Source: Tabrizicola sp.
GTDB taxonomy: Bacteria; Pseudomonadota; Alphaproteobacteria; Rhodobacterales; Rhodobacteraceae
Assembly (NCBI GenBank): GCA_046294075.1
Contig: JBKBJC010000004.1
Coordinates: forward strand, 5,872 to 69,871
Direction of reading: 5' to 3'
DNA: 64,000 bases
The notes beneath the pieces are model-generated. The model worked only from the letters and a program-made list of their open reading frames with translations, did no database searches and was not told the DNA's origin. Below are positions 29,910 to 38,895 of the stretch, one piece after another (within the stretch, counting starts at the first letter, position 1; each line of letters opens with the position of its first letter). Position numbers and translations under genes: made by a program.

Positions 29910-29929
29910 TTTGCAAACTTGTTTGAAAC
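29910..29929. promoter_or_regulatory. Probable PccR operator upstream of pccB
   Basis: TTTGCAAA-CTTG-TTTGAAAC resembles the TTTGCAAA-N4-TTTGCAAA motif described for R. sphaeroides PccR. Confidence 0.65.
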
Positions 29930-30016
29930 ACCGCTGATCAAATCGCAAATCAGCAAAGCATTGGACGCGGCGCCGCCCCGCGCTATTCCGACGCGCACTC
30001 CATTCCCGAGGACATC

Positions 30017-30367
30017 ATGACCCTGCCCATCCCCGTCATCACCATCGGCCTTCTGCTCGCCTCGAACGTATTCATGACCTTCGCCTGGTATGGCCACCTG
30101 AAATTCAAGGAAAGCGCGCTGATCACGGTGATCCTGGTCTCCTGGGGGATCGCCTTCTTCGAATATGTGCTGCAGGTTCCGGCCAACCGCATCGGCTATG
30201 GCCATTTCAACGCCGCCCAGCTCAAGACGATCCAGGAGGTCATCACCCTGTCCGTCTTCGCCGCCTTTTCCGTGCTCTACCTCAAGGAGCCGCTGATGTG
30301 GAACCATCTGCTAGGCTTTGCCTTCATCGCGCTGGGAGCGTTCTTCATCTTCCACAAATGGGCCTGA
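30017..30367 (+). CDS. Small DMT-superfamily protein (DUF486 type)
   Basis: [32 protein letters not shown] and [11 protein letters not shown] motifs. Confidence 0.88.
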   Translation: MTLPIPVITIGLLLASNVFMTFAWYGHLKFKESALITVILVSWGIAFFEYVLQVPANRIGYGHFNAAQLKTIQEVITLSVFAAFSVLYLKEPLMWNHLLGFAFIALGAFFIFHKWA

Positions 30368-30430
30368 CGTCGGATTTCCGCACCTGTCCGCCTGTGGACA
30401 AACCGGACCGGCAGGCGTAGCCCTGCGCCG

Positions 30431-31639
30431 ATGCAATCCCCAGTTTTCCTCGACAGGACGACACCTCCGAAGATCGTCACGCTGATCCTGATCGCCGGGC
30501 TCTCGGCGCTTACCATGAACATCTTCCTGCCCTCGCTCCCCGGGATGGCGGTCTGGTATGGCGTGCCCTATGGCGTGATGCAGCAGTCGGTTGCGCTCTA
30601 TCTGCTGCTCTCAGCGCTATTGCAGATCGTCATCGGCCCGGTCTCCGACCGCTACGGACGCCGGGCCGTCCTGATCTGGTCGCTGGTCCTGTTCCTGCTG
30701 GCCACGCTTGGAACCCTGCTTGCGCCGACCGCCACCTGGTTCCTGGTCTTCCGCATGGCTCAGGCCGTCATCGCCGCCGGCATGGTCCTGTCACGCGCCG
30801 TCGTCCGCGACATGGTGGCCGACGAACGCGCGGCCAGCATGATCGGCTATGTGACCATGGGGATGAGCCTCGTGCCCATGATCGGCCCGGTGATCGGCGG
30901 GGTCCTCGACGACCTCTACGGCTGGCAGGCGAACTTCGCCCTGCTCCTCATCCTCGGGCTCGCCACCCTTGCCCTCGTCTGGGCCGACCTCGGCGAGACC
31001 GCCACCCTCAGCCGCGTCAGCCTGATGGATCAGGTCCGCAGCTACCCCGCCCTCTTCGCGTCGCGGAGGTTCTGGGGCTACACGCTGGCCGCCGCCTTTG
31101 CCTCGGGCTGCTTCTTTGCCTATCTCGGCGGCGCGCCCTATGTCGGCGACAAGATCTTCGGCCTGTCCTCGACCGAGGTCGGGGCGCTTTTCGCCCTGAC
31201 CGCCATCGGCTATGCGGCGGGCAATTTCCTCGCCGGGCGCTACTCGGTGCGGATCGGGATGAACCGGATGATCCTGATCGGCTGCATGGTCACCTCCGCG
31301 GGCCTTGCCCTGTTGACCCTGCTCACCTTCGCCGGGCTTTCCGGCCCCGTGGTGTTCTTCGGACTGACGGTCTTCATGGGGCTCGGCAACGGCATCTGCC
31401 TGCCCAATGCCAACGCCGGGATGCTGTCGGTGCGCCCCGACCTCGCCGGCACCGCCTCGGGCCTCGGCGGAGCGATCCTGATCGGCGGTGGCGCCGCCCT
31501 TGCCGCCATCGCGGGCATCCTCCTCGGCCCCGGCTCCTCGGAGCTGCCGCTGATCCTCCTGATGCTCGCCTCCTCGATCGCCTCCGTCGTGGCCATCTTC
31601 TTCGTCATGCGACGCGCGCGTCAGATCGGCGCCGCATGA
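30431..31639 (+). CDS. Bcr/CflA family MFS transporter
   Basis: MNIFLPSLP and GPVSDRYGRR motifs; 12 TM pattern. Confidence 0.9.
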   Translation: MQSPVFLDRTTPPKIVTLILIAGLSALTMNIFLPSLPGMAVWYGVPYGVMQQSVALYLLLSALLQIVIGPVSDRYGRRAVLIWSLVLFLLATLGTLLAPTATWFLVFRMAQAVIAAGMVLSRAVVRDMVADERAASMIGYVTMGMSLVPMIGPVIGGVLDDLYGWQANFALLLILGLATLALVWADLGETATLSRVSLMDQVRSYPALFASRRFWGYTLAAAFASGCFFAYLGGAPYVGDKIFGLSSTEVGALFALTAIGYAAGNFLAGRYSVRIGMNRMILIGCMVTSAGLALLTLLTFAGLSGPVVFFGLTVFMGLGNGICLPNANAGMLSVRPDLAGTASGLGGAILIGGGAALAAIAGILLGPGSSELPLILLMLASSIASVVAIFFVMRRARQIGAA

Positions 31640-31655
31640 CTTCTGCTTGACGCAT

Positions 31656-31685
31656 CTTTGCAAAGCGCCGCATAGCTTTGCAAAG
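31656..31685. promoter_or_regulatory. Probable PccR autoregulatory sites
   Basis: Two perfect CTTTGCAAAG palindromes at 31656-31665 and 31676-31685. Confidence 0.7.
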
Positions 31686-31694
31686 AGGTCCCCG

Positions 31695-33089
31695 ATGCCC
31701 ACCCAGAAACTCTACGCCGGCGTCAAACTGCGCGAGATCCGCGGCAGGCTGTCGCTGACCCAGAAGGCCTTCGCCGACAAGCTGAAGGTGTCCCTGCCCT
31801 ATCTCAACCAAATGGAGAACAACCACCGGCCGGTCTCGGCCGCCGTGGTGCTGGCGCTGGCGCAGGAATTCGGCCTCGATGTCACCGAACTGACTGTCGG
31901 CGAAAGCGAACGCCTTGTGACCGACATGCGCGAGGCACTGGCCGACCCGGTGTTCACCACCGCCAGCCCGCCGCTCGCCGATTTGCGTCTGGCCGCCTCG
32001 AACGCGCCCGCGCTGGCCCGCGCCTTCCTCGACCTGCACCGCGCCTATCGCCAGACCCACGAACGGCTCGCCTCGCTGGATGAGGCGCTGGGGCGCGAAG
32101 ACGCGGCGCTGCGCCCCTCGGCCTGGGAGGAGGTGCGCGATTTCTTCCACTACTGCGACAACTACCTCGACGCCATCGACCGTGCCGCCGAGCATTTCGC
32201 AACCGCGACCACCGGCGGAAAACCCATCGAAGGCCTGGCGCAGGACCTTCTGAAACGGGCCGGGATCAGCCTGCACTACTCCAGCACCGCGCCCTTGCGC
32301 CACTACGACCCGCAGGCGAAACGGCTCGACATCTCGGCCCGCGCCTCGGGGCCTTCGCAACGCTTCCAGCTCCTGCATCAGGTTGCGCTTCTGACCCAGA
32401 ACGATCTGCTGGAAGCCACCCTCGACCTCGCGCGGTTCTCCACCACCGAAGCCCGCGACATCGCCAAGATCGGGCTTGCGAACTACTTCGCCGGCGCCGC
32501 GCTGCTGCCTTACCGCGCCTTCCTGACCGCCGCGCAGGAGGTGCGCCACGACCTCGAACGGCTGGCCGACATCTTCGGCGCCTCGATCGAACAGGTCGGC
32601 CACCGGCTGTCCACGATGCAGCGGCCGGGTGCCAAGGGCATCCCCTTCTTCTTCGTCCGTGTCGATCAGGCCGGCACGATCACCAAGCGCCACTCCTCGA
32701 CCCGGCTGCAATTCGCCCGCTTCGGCGGGGCCTGCCCCCTGTGGAACGTCCACCAGGCCTTTGAAACGCCGGGGCAATTCCTGCGCCAACTGGCCGAGAC
32801 GCCGGACGGCGTGCGCTATCTCTGTCTCGCCCGCGACGTGTCGAAACCGGCCGGGGCCTTCTTGGCCCCGGTTCGACGCTATGCCATCGGTCTTGGCTGC
32901 GAGGTGCAGCACGCACCCCAGCTCGTCTATTCCGACGGGCTCGACCTGAAAGGCCGGTTCGAGCCGATCGGCATCTCCTGCCGGATTTGCGAGCGGGTGA
33001 ATTGCCACCAGCGCTCGGTCCCACCGCTGGAAGGTCGGCTGAAGATCAACCCCAACGCCCGCGACGTGCTGCCCTACGAGATCGGCTGA
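31695..33089 (+). CDS. pccR: Short-chain fatty acyl-CoA regulator (ScfR/PccR family)
   Basis: N-terminal XRE HTH (YLNQMENNHRP), FGGACPLWNVH, C-terminal CRICER..C.QR; linked to pccB. Confidence 0.88.
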   Translation: MPTQKLYAGVKLREIRGRLSLTQKAFADKLKVSLPYLNQMENNHRPVSAAVVLALAQEFGLDVTELTVGESERLVTDMREALADPVFTTASPPLADLRLAASNAPALARAFLDLHRAYRQTHERLASLDEALGREDAALRPSAWEEVRDFFHYCDNYLDAIDRAAEHFATATTGGKPIEGLAQDLLKRAGISLHYSSTAPLRHYDPQAKRLDISARASGPSQRFQLLHQVALLTQNDLLEATLDLARFSTTEARDIAKIGLANYFAGAALLPYRAFLTAAQEVRHDLERLADIFGASIEQVGHRLSTMQRPGAKGIPFFFVRVDQAGTITKRHSSTRLQFARFGGACPLWNVHQAFETPGQFLRQLAETPDGVRYLCLARDVSKPAGAFLAPVRRYAIGLGCEVQHAPQLVYSDGLDLKGRFEPIGISCRICERVNCHQRSVPPLEGRLKINPNARDVLPYEIG

Positions 33090-33156
33090 CCGCCCCTCGG
33101 CCTCCCCGGGTAGGGTGCGCCACGGCGCGCCAAACGTCGGTGCGCTGTAGCGCACC

Positions 33157-33393
33157 CTACTTGTGCAAGGCTGCCGCGATCTGATCCTTCAGGCGCGACC
33201 GGGTCTTGCGCAGATGCTCTTCCTCTTCCTCTGTCAGAAGATCCAGCCGCGTCTCGGCACGATGCACCTTGTCGTTCACGCTATCGTAGTCGCTCAGCAG
33301 CTTGGCGAAATGCGCATCCGACACCTTCAACGCGCTGATCTTCGCCGCCTCGCCCGGAAATTCCTCTTGCAGCGTATGCGGGGTGTTCGACAT
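33157..33393 (-). CDS. YdcH/DUF465 family protein
   Basis: MSNTPHTLQEEFP...LK..DAHFAKL...LRK.R..LKDQI. Confidence 0.85.
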   Translation of the reverse strand: MSNTPHTLQEEFPGEAAKISALKVSDAHFAKLLSDYDSVNDKVHRAETRLDLLTEEEEEHLRKTRSRLKDQIAAALHK

Positions 33394-33449
33394 GCCGGTC
33401 TCCTTCTTGACTGTCGGTGACGGTCTAGAAGGCCCTAGCCCACCCCGCC

Positions 33450-33463
33450 TTGACCCGGATCAA
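33450..33463. promoter_or_regulatory. Candidate FnrL box upstream of the DUF465 gene
   Basis: TTGAC-CCGG-ATCAA, ~57 bp upstream of the ATG. Confidence 0.65.
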
Positions 33464-33464
33464 C

Positions 33465-35114
33465 CTACCGCTGAGACACCCGCCAGTTCGGGTTGATCCA
33501 GGGCTCCAGGTTCGAGGCGGGCAAGGGCGCGCGTCCCAGGATGTGATCGGCCGCCTTTTCGCCAGTCATGATCGACGGAGCGTTGAGATTGCCGTTGGTA
33601 ATCTGCGGAAAGATCGACGAATCGGCCACCCGCAAACCCTCCACCCCGATCACCCGGCATTCCGGATCGACCACTGCCATCGGGTCCGAGGCCCGCCCCA
33701 TCCGGCAGGTGCCGCAGGGGTGATAGGCGCTTTCGACATGCTCGCGCAGGAAATCGTCCAGTTCCGTGTCGGTCTGCACCTTCGGCCCCGGTTGCAACTC
33801 GGCCTTCAGATAGGGTTTGAACGCCTCCTGCCCGAAGATCTCGCGCGTCAGGCGGATGCAGGTGCGGAAATCCTCCCAGTCCTCGGGATGGGACATGTAG
33901 TTGAACCGGATGACCGGGGCATCCGTCGGATTGCCGGACCGCAGCGTGACCGACCCGCGCGACTTCGACCGCATCGGCCCGACATGGGCCTGAAAGCCGT
34001 GGCCCTCGGCCACCGCCTTGCCGTCATAGCGCACGGCGATCGGCAGGAAGTGATACTGGATGTCGGGGTATTCCACCCCCGCCTTCGAGCGGATGAAGGC
34101 GCAGGCCTCGAACTGGTTCGAGGCGCCGGGACCCTTGCCAGTCAACAGCCATTGCGCACCGACCCAGGCCTTGCCCCAGAGATTCCAGTACTTGTAAAGC
34201 GTTATCGGCTGGCTGGCCGCGAACTGCATGTAGATTTCCAGGTGATCCTGCAGGTTCGCCCCTACGCCCGGCCGGTCCGCGACGACCTCGATCCCGTGCT
34301 CCCGCAGATGCGCGGCGGGCCCGATCCCCGACAGCATCAGAAGCTTGGGCGAGTTGATCGACGAGGCCGCGATGATGACCTCGCGCCCCGCCCGGATCAC
34401 CCGCCGCCCGGCGCGGGCGTCGATCTCCACCCCGACCGCGCGGCGGCCCTCCATCACGACGCGCCGGGCAAGGCCGCGCACGACCTGCACGTTCCCGCCC
34501 TTCAGCGCGGGCTTCAGGTAGGCATTGGCCGCAGACCAGCGCCGCCCCTTGTGGATCGTCGCCTCGAAGGGGCCGAACCCCTCCTGCTGCTGGCCGTTGT
34601 AATCCTGCGTCACCGGATAGCCCGCCTGCCGTCCGGCTTCGATGAAGGCGTCGAACAGCGGATTCTCGCGGGAACCCCGCGTCACATGCAGCGGGCCGTC
34701 CGTCCCCCGGAACTCCGGCCCCGACCCGCCGTGCGACTGCTCCATCCGCCGGAAATAGGGCAGCACATCGGCAAAGGACCAACCGTCCGCGCCCATCTCG
34801 GCCCAGGTGTCGAAATCCCTCGCATGGCCCCGGACATAGACCATTCCGTTTATCGAGGACGACCCCCCGATGACCTTGCCACGCGGCGTCGCCAGCACCC
34901 GGCCGCCCAGGTGCGGCTCGGGTTCCGTGGCGAACCCCCAGTCGTACAGCCCCATGTTCATCGGATAGCTGAGCGCGCCGGGCATCTGGATGAACGGCCC
35001 CGCATCCGACCCGCCATGCTCGATCACCGTCACCCGCTTGCCCGCCTCGGCCAGCCGGCAGGCCATCGCGCAGCCCGCCGATCCCGCGCCCACGATCACA
35101 TGATCCGCATGCAT
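33465..35114 (-). CDS. betA: Choline dehydrogenase
   Basis: [33 protein letters not shown] and [12 protein letters not shown] motifs; bet/cho context. Confidence 0.95.
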   Translation of the reverse strand: MHADHVIVGAGSAGCAMACRLAEAGKRVTVIEHGGSDAGPFIQMPGALSYPMNMGLYDWGFATEPEPHLGGRVLATPRGKVIGGSSSINGMVYVRGHARDFDTWAEMGADGWSFADVLPYFRRMEQSHGGSGPEFRGTDGPLHVTRGSRENPLFDAFIEAGRQAGYPVTQDYNGQQQEGFGPFEATIHKGRRWSAANAYLKPALKGGNVQVVRGLARRVVMEGRRAVGVEIDARAGRRVIRAGREVIIAASSINSPKLLMLSGIGPAAHLREHGIEVVADRPGVGANLQDHLEIYMQFAASQPITLYKYWNLWGKAWVGAQWLLTGKGPGASNQFEACAFIRSKAGVEYPDIQYHFLPIAVRYDGKAVAEGHGFQAHVGPMRSKSRGSVTLRSGNPTDAPVIRFNYMSHPEDWEDFRTCIRLTREIFGQEAFKPYLKAELQPGPKVQTDTELDDFLREHVESAYHPCGTCRMGRASDPMAVVDPECRVIGVEGLRVADSSIFPQITNGNLNAPSIMTGEKAADHILGRAPLPASNLEPWINPNWRVSQR

Positions 35115-35115
35115 C

Positions 35116-35697
35116 TCAGGCCCCCCGCACCAGTTCCGCCTCAAGATGGCGCAGCGCCAGCGCCACCGCCGCCGCCCCGTCCGGCGGGCCCGACTTCAGA
35201 ACCTCGCGCAGGTAAAGCCCGTCGATCATCGCCCCCAGTGATTCGGCGATTCCCCCGGCCCGGTCCCCCGCCAGCGGTCGCAGCGACGAGACCAAATTCG
35301 ACCTGAGCCGCCCCTGATAGACCGCCAGAAGCCGCCTCGCCTCGGGCACCGTCTGGGCCAGGACCCAGAAGTTCAACCAGGCCCCCACCGCCTCGCGCCG
35401 GAAGTTGCCGGGGCTGAAACTGGCCCGCAGAATCGCCCGGATCCGCCCCTCCGGCCCTTCCGCCGCCGCCAGCGCGCCGCGCACTTCCGCGCCGTAAAGC
35501 GTCATGATGTGGCGCATCGCGGCCAGGAACATGCCTTCCTTCGACCCGAAGTAGTGATGCGCCAGTGCGCTCGACATCCCCGCCCGCCTGGCGATCTGGC
35601 TGACGGTAACGTCCAGCGACCCCACCCTGCCGATCTCGACAATGGTGGCTTTCACCAGCGCGGCCTTGCGGATAGGCTCCATTCCAAGCTTCGGCAT
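35116..35697 (-). CDS. betI: Choline-responsive repressor BetI
   Basis: [11 protein letters not shown] start, TetR HTH, AWLNFW motif. Confidence 0.93.
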   Translation of the reverse strand: MPKLGMEPIRKAALVKATIVEIGRVGSLDVTVSQIARRAGMSSALAHHYFGSKEGMFLAAMRHIMTLYGAEVRGALAAAEGPEGRIRAILRASFSPGNFRREAVGAWLNFWVLAQTVPEARRLLAVYQGRLRSNLVSSLRPLAGDRAGGIAESLGAMIDGLYLREVLKSGPPDGAAAVALALRHLEAELVRGA

Positions 35698-35745
35698 GAC
35701 GGTCTGGCCCCAGAAAATACTTGCCAAACCGAATAAGGGCGAAGT

Positions 35746-35764
35746 TTATTGACTCGTCAATCAA
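35746..35764. promoter_or_regulatory. Probable BetI operator
   Basis: ATTGAC-TC-GTCAAT palindrome (35748-35761) between divergent betI and choX. Confidence 0.75.
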
Positions 35765-35787
35765 CAAAAACACCACGGGGAGTATCC

Positions 35788-36717
35788 ATGTCCATCCGCT
35801 CTACCCTCCTGACCAGTGCCGTGACCTTCGCGCTGGCCGGGTCCGCCTTCGCCGAGGGCTGCGACAAGATTGTCTTCTCAGATGTCGGCTGGACCGACAT
35901 CACCGCCACCACCGCTGCCACGACGCTGGTGCTCGAAGCGTTGGGGTATGAGACCGAGACCAACATCCTCTCGGTTCCCGTGACCTACGCCGGCCTTGCC
36001 GAGGGCGACATCGACGTGTTCCTCGGCAACTGGATGCCGACGATGGAGGGTGACATCGCCTCCTACCGCGAGGCCGGCACCGTCGAGACCGTCCGCACCA
36101 ACCTCGAAGGCGCGAAGTACACGCTGGCCACCAACGAGGCCGGCGCGGCGCTGGGGATCAGCGACTTCGGCAACATCAAGGACCATGCCGATGCGCTGGA
36201 GGGCAAGATCTACGGCATCGAGGCCGGCAATGACGGCAACCGGCTGATCCTCGACATGATCGCTGCCGACCAGTTCGGTCTGGGCAAGTTCGAGCTGGTG
36301 GAAAGCAGCGAACAGGGCATGCTCGCCGAGGTGGACCGCAAGACCGGATCGGCCCAGCCCATCGTCTTTCTCGGCTGGGAACCGCATCCGATGAACGCGA
36401 ACTTCAAGCTGACCTATCTTTCGGGCGGTGACGAGGTGTTCGGCCCCGATTTCGGCGGCGCCATCGTGGCCACGAACACCCGCAAGGGCTATGTCGCGGA
36501 ATGCCCGAACACCGGCAAGTTCCTGCAGAACCTCGGTTTCACTCTCGAGATGGAAAACGAGATCATGGGCGCGATCCTGAACGACGGCACCGACCCGCGC
36601 GAAGCGGCCAAGGCCTGGCTGGCCGCCAACCCTGCCACCTGGGAGGCCTGGCTCGATGGCGTGACCACGAAGGACGGCGGCGACGCCAAGGCCGCCGTGG
36701 CCGCCGCGCTGCAATAA
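35788..36717 (+). CDS. choX: Choline ABC transporter binding protein
   Basis: FSDVGWTDITATT, FLGNWMP, YGIEAGNDGN and FLGWEPHPMN motifs. Confidence 0.92.
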   Translation: MSIRSTLLTSAVTFALAGSAFAEGCDKIVFSDVGWTDITATTAATTLVLEALGYETETNILSVPVTYAGLAEGDIDVFLGNWMPTMEGDIASYREAGTVETVRTNLEGAKYTLATNEAGAALGISDFGNIKDHADALEGKIYGIEAGNDGNRLILDMIAADQFGLGKFELVESSEQGMLAEVDRKTGSAQPIVFLGWEPHPMNANFKLTYLSGGDEVFGPDFGGAIVATNTRKGYVAECPNTGKFLQNLGFTLEMENEIMGAILNDGTDPREAAKAWLAANPATWEAWLDGVTTKDGGDAKAAVAAALQ

Positions 36718-36792
36718 GGCGCCGAAAGGACGGGCAGGCCGGGGCCCAACCCGGCCGCCATTTTCGGCCCGGCAGGACTGGGGGGGACGGAT

Positions 36793-37644
36793 TTGGACTG
36801 GCTGCAAACCACGTTTCCGTGGCTGTTCGAGAAAATTCCGGTCGGCTGGGCCGCGAAACAGGTCGTTGACTGGCTCAAGGCCAATGCCCGCCCCCTGTTC
36901 GACGGGATCAGCGATGCCTTCGGCTGGCTCATCAACGCCACGCTGTCGCTGATCCAGTGGCCGCATCCCCTGGTCGTGGTGGCGCTCTTCGTCGCCCTGA
37001 CCTGGGTGCTGCAACGGTCGCGGAAGATCTGCCTGCTGGTATTCCTCAGCTTCCTCTACATCCTGAACCAGGGCTACTGGAAGGCCACGACCGAAAGCCT
37101 GGTGCTTCTGTTCTACTCCTGCCTGATCTGCATGGCGGTGGGCGTGCCGATCGGCATCGCCGCGGCGCACCGGCCGCGGCTTTACGCGGCCATGTCGCCG
37201 ATCCTCGACCTGATGCAGACCCTGCCGACCTTCGTCTACCTGATCCCGGCAGTGGTGTTCTTCGGCCTCGGCATGGTGCCGGGCCTGCTGGCCACGGTGA
37301 TCTTCGTCGTGCCCGCGCCGATCCGGCTGACCTATCTCGGCATCTCGGCCACGCCGCAGGCGCTGATCGAGGCCGCAACCGCCTTCGGCGCCACGCCAAG
37401 GCAGAAGTTGTGGAAGGTGGAACTGCCCTATGCCCTGCCGCAGATCATGGCCGGCCTGACGCAAACCATCATGCTGTCGCTGTCGATGGTCGTCATCGCC
37501 GCCATGGTGGGCGCCAACGGCCTTGGCATCCCCGTCGTGCGGGCGCTGGGCCAGAACAACTCCGCGCTCGGCTTCGAATCGGGCATGGTGATCGTCGTGG
37601 TGGCGATCATGCTGGACCGCATGCTGAGGGTGACGCGCAAATGA
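36793..37644 (+). CDS. choW: Choline ABC transporter permease (TTG start)
   Basis: LDLMQTLPTFVYLIP and QTIMLSLSMVVIA motifs. Confidence 0.9.
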   Translation: MDWLQTTFPWLFEKIPVGWAAKQVVDWLKANARPLFDGISDAFGWLINATLSLIQWPHPLVVVALFVALTWVLQRSRKICLLVFLSFLYILNQGYWKATTESLVLLFYSCLICMAVGVPIGIAAAHRPRLYAAMSPILDLMQTLPTFVYLIPAVVFFGLGMVPGLLATVIFVVPAPIRLTYLGISATPQALIEAATAFGATPRQKLWKVELPYALPQIMAGLTQTIMLSLSMVVIAAMVGANGLGIPVVRALGQNNSALGFESGMVIVVVAIMLDRMLRVTRK

Positions 37645-38669
37645 CCAATGCCGTCGAATTCGACCGCGTCTCCATCGTCTTCGGCGACCGGCCCGAGGCC
37701 GCCCTGCCGCTGATGGACCAGGGCAAGTCCCGCGCCGAGGTGCAAGAGGCCACCGGCCAGGTGCTGGGTGTGCACGACTGCACGCTCTCGGTGGCCGAGG
37801 GCGAGATCCTGGTGCTGATGGGCCTTTCCGGTTCGGGCAAGTCCACGCTTCTGCGCGGGGTGAACGCACTGAACCCGGTGGTGCGCGGCGAGGTGCGCAT
37901 CCTCGATGGCGACCGGATGGTCTCGGTGACGAAGGCGGACCCCGCCACCCTGCGCCGCCTTCGCGCGACCCGCGTCGCCATGGTGTTCCAGCAGTTCGGC
38001 CTTCTGCCCTGGCGTACCGTGCGCGAGAATGTGGGCCTTGGACTGGAGCTTGCCGGCCTCCCCCCGGCCGAACGCCGCCCCCGGGTGGACGCACAGCTGG
38101 AGCTGGTGAACCTTGCCCAGTGGGCCGAACGCAAGGTGGGCGATCTTTCGGGCGGGATGCAGCAGCGCGTCGGGCTCGCCCGCGCCTTCGTCACCGAGGC
38201 CCCGATCCTCTTGATGGACGAGCCCTTTTCGGCGCTGGACCCCCTGATCCGGTCCAAGTTGCAGGACGAGCTTCTGGACCTGCAAAAGAAGCTGAAACGC
38301 ACCATCGTCTTCGTCAGCCACGATCTCGACGAGGCGTTCAAGATCGGCAACCGCATCGCGCTGATGGAGGGCGGGCGGATCGTGCAATGCGGCACCGCGC
38401 GCGAGATCATCGCCAATCCGGTTTCCGATTATGTGGCCGACTTCGTGGCGCATATGAACCCGCTGGGCGTGCTGACCGCGCGCGACGTGATGGAGCCGGG
38501 GATGACCTCGGCCAGCGCCCGCGAACTTCCCGCCGAGACACCCGTCAAGGATATCATGGAACTGATGTCCAGGGGTGCCGCGGAACTGGTGGTGACGGAG
38601 AACGGCCGCCCGCTCGGCCTCGTGCGCACCGCCGGCCTGATCGGTCGGCTCATCAATCCGCGCGGCTGA
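37641..38669 (+). CDS. choV: Choline ABC transporter ATPase
   Basis: GLSGSGKS, LSGGMQQRVGLAR and DEPFSALDPLIR motifs; ATGA overlap with choW. Confidence 0.92.
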   Translation: MTNAVEFDRVSIVFGDRPEAALPLMDQGKSRAEVQEATGQVLGVHDCTLSVAEGEILVLMGLSGSGKSTLLRGVNALNPVVRGEVRILDGDRMVSVTKADPATLRRLRATRVAMVFQQFGLLPWRTVRENVGLGLELAGLPPAERRPRVDAQLELVNLAQWAERKVGDLSGGMQQRVGLARAFVTEAPILLMDEPFSALDPLIRSKLQDELLDLQKKLKRTIVFVSHDLDEAFKIGNRIALMEGGRIVQCGTAREIIANPVSDYVADFVAHMNPLGVLTARDVMEPGMTSASARELPAETPVKDIMELMSRGAAELVVTENGRPLGLVRTAGLIGRLINPRG

Positions 38670-38682
38670 GGTCAACCGGGGA

Positions 38683-38729
38683 CCAAAAGTTTTCGAAAAC
38701 TTTTGGCAAATCTTTTCGAAAAGATTTGC
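38683..38729. repeat. Tandem AT-rich TTCGAA-centred palindromes, copy 2
   Basis: CCAAAAGTTTTCGAAAACTTTTGG (38683-38706) plus GCAAATCTTTTCGAAAAGATTTGC (38706-38729). Confidence 0.88.
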
Positions 38730-38766
38730 TCCCGGCCGCACGGTTGCACACCGCTTCCACCCCGCA

Positions 38767-38808
38767 CCTCCCCTCCCCCACCGTGGGGAGGGGATGGGGG
38801 TGGGGGGC
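38767..38808 (+). repeat. G/C-rich REP-like palindromic element, intergenic copy
   Basis: CCTCCCCTCCCCCACCGTGGGGAGGGGATGGGGGTGGGGGGC; near-identical to 48879-48919. Confidence 0.85.
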
Positions 38809-38895
38809 TCATCGCCTACCGGTAAAGAGAACCCTAACGCCCACAAGCAACCTACTGATCCGGAAAGAAAACCCGGAAATGTCCACCGTGGACAC

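Noticed and set aside
38683-38729. Palindromic repeats as a mini-CRISPR array
   Set aside because: The units abut with no spacers, there are only two per site, and there are no cas genes in the window.
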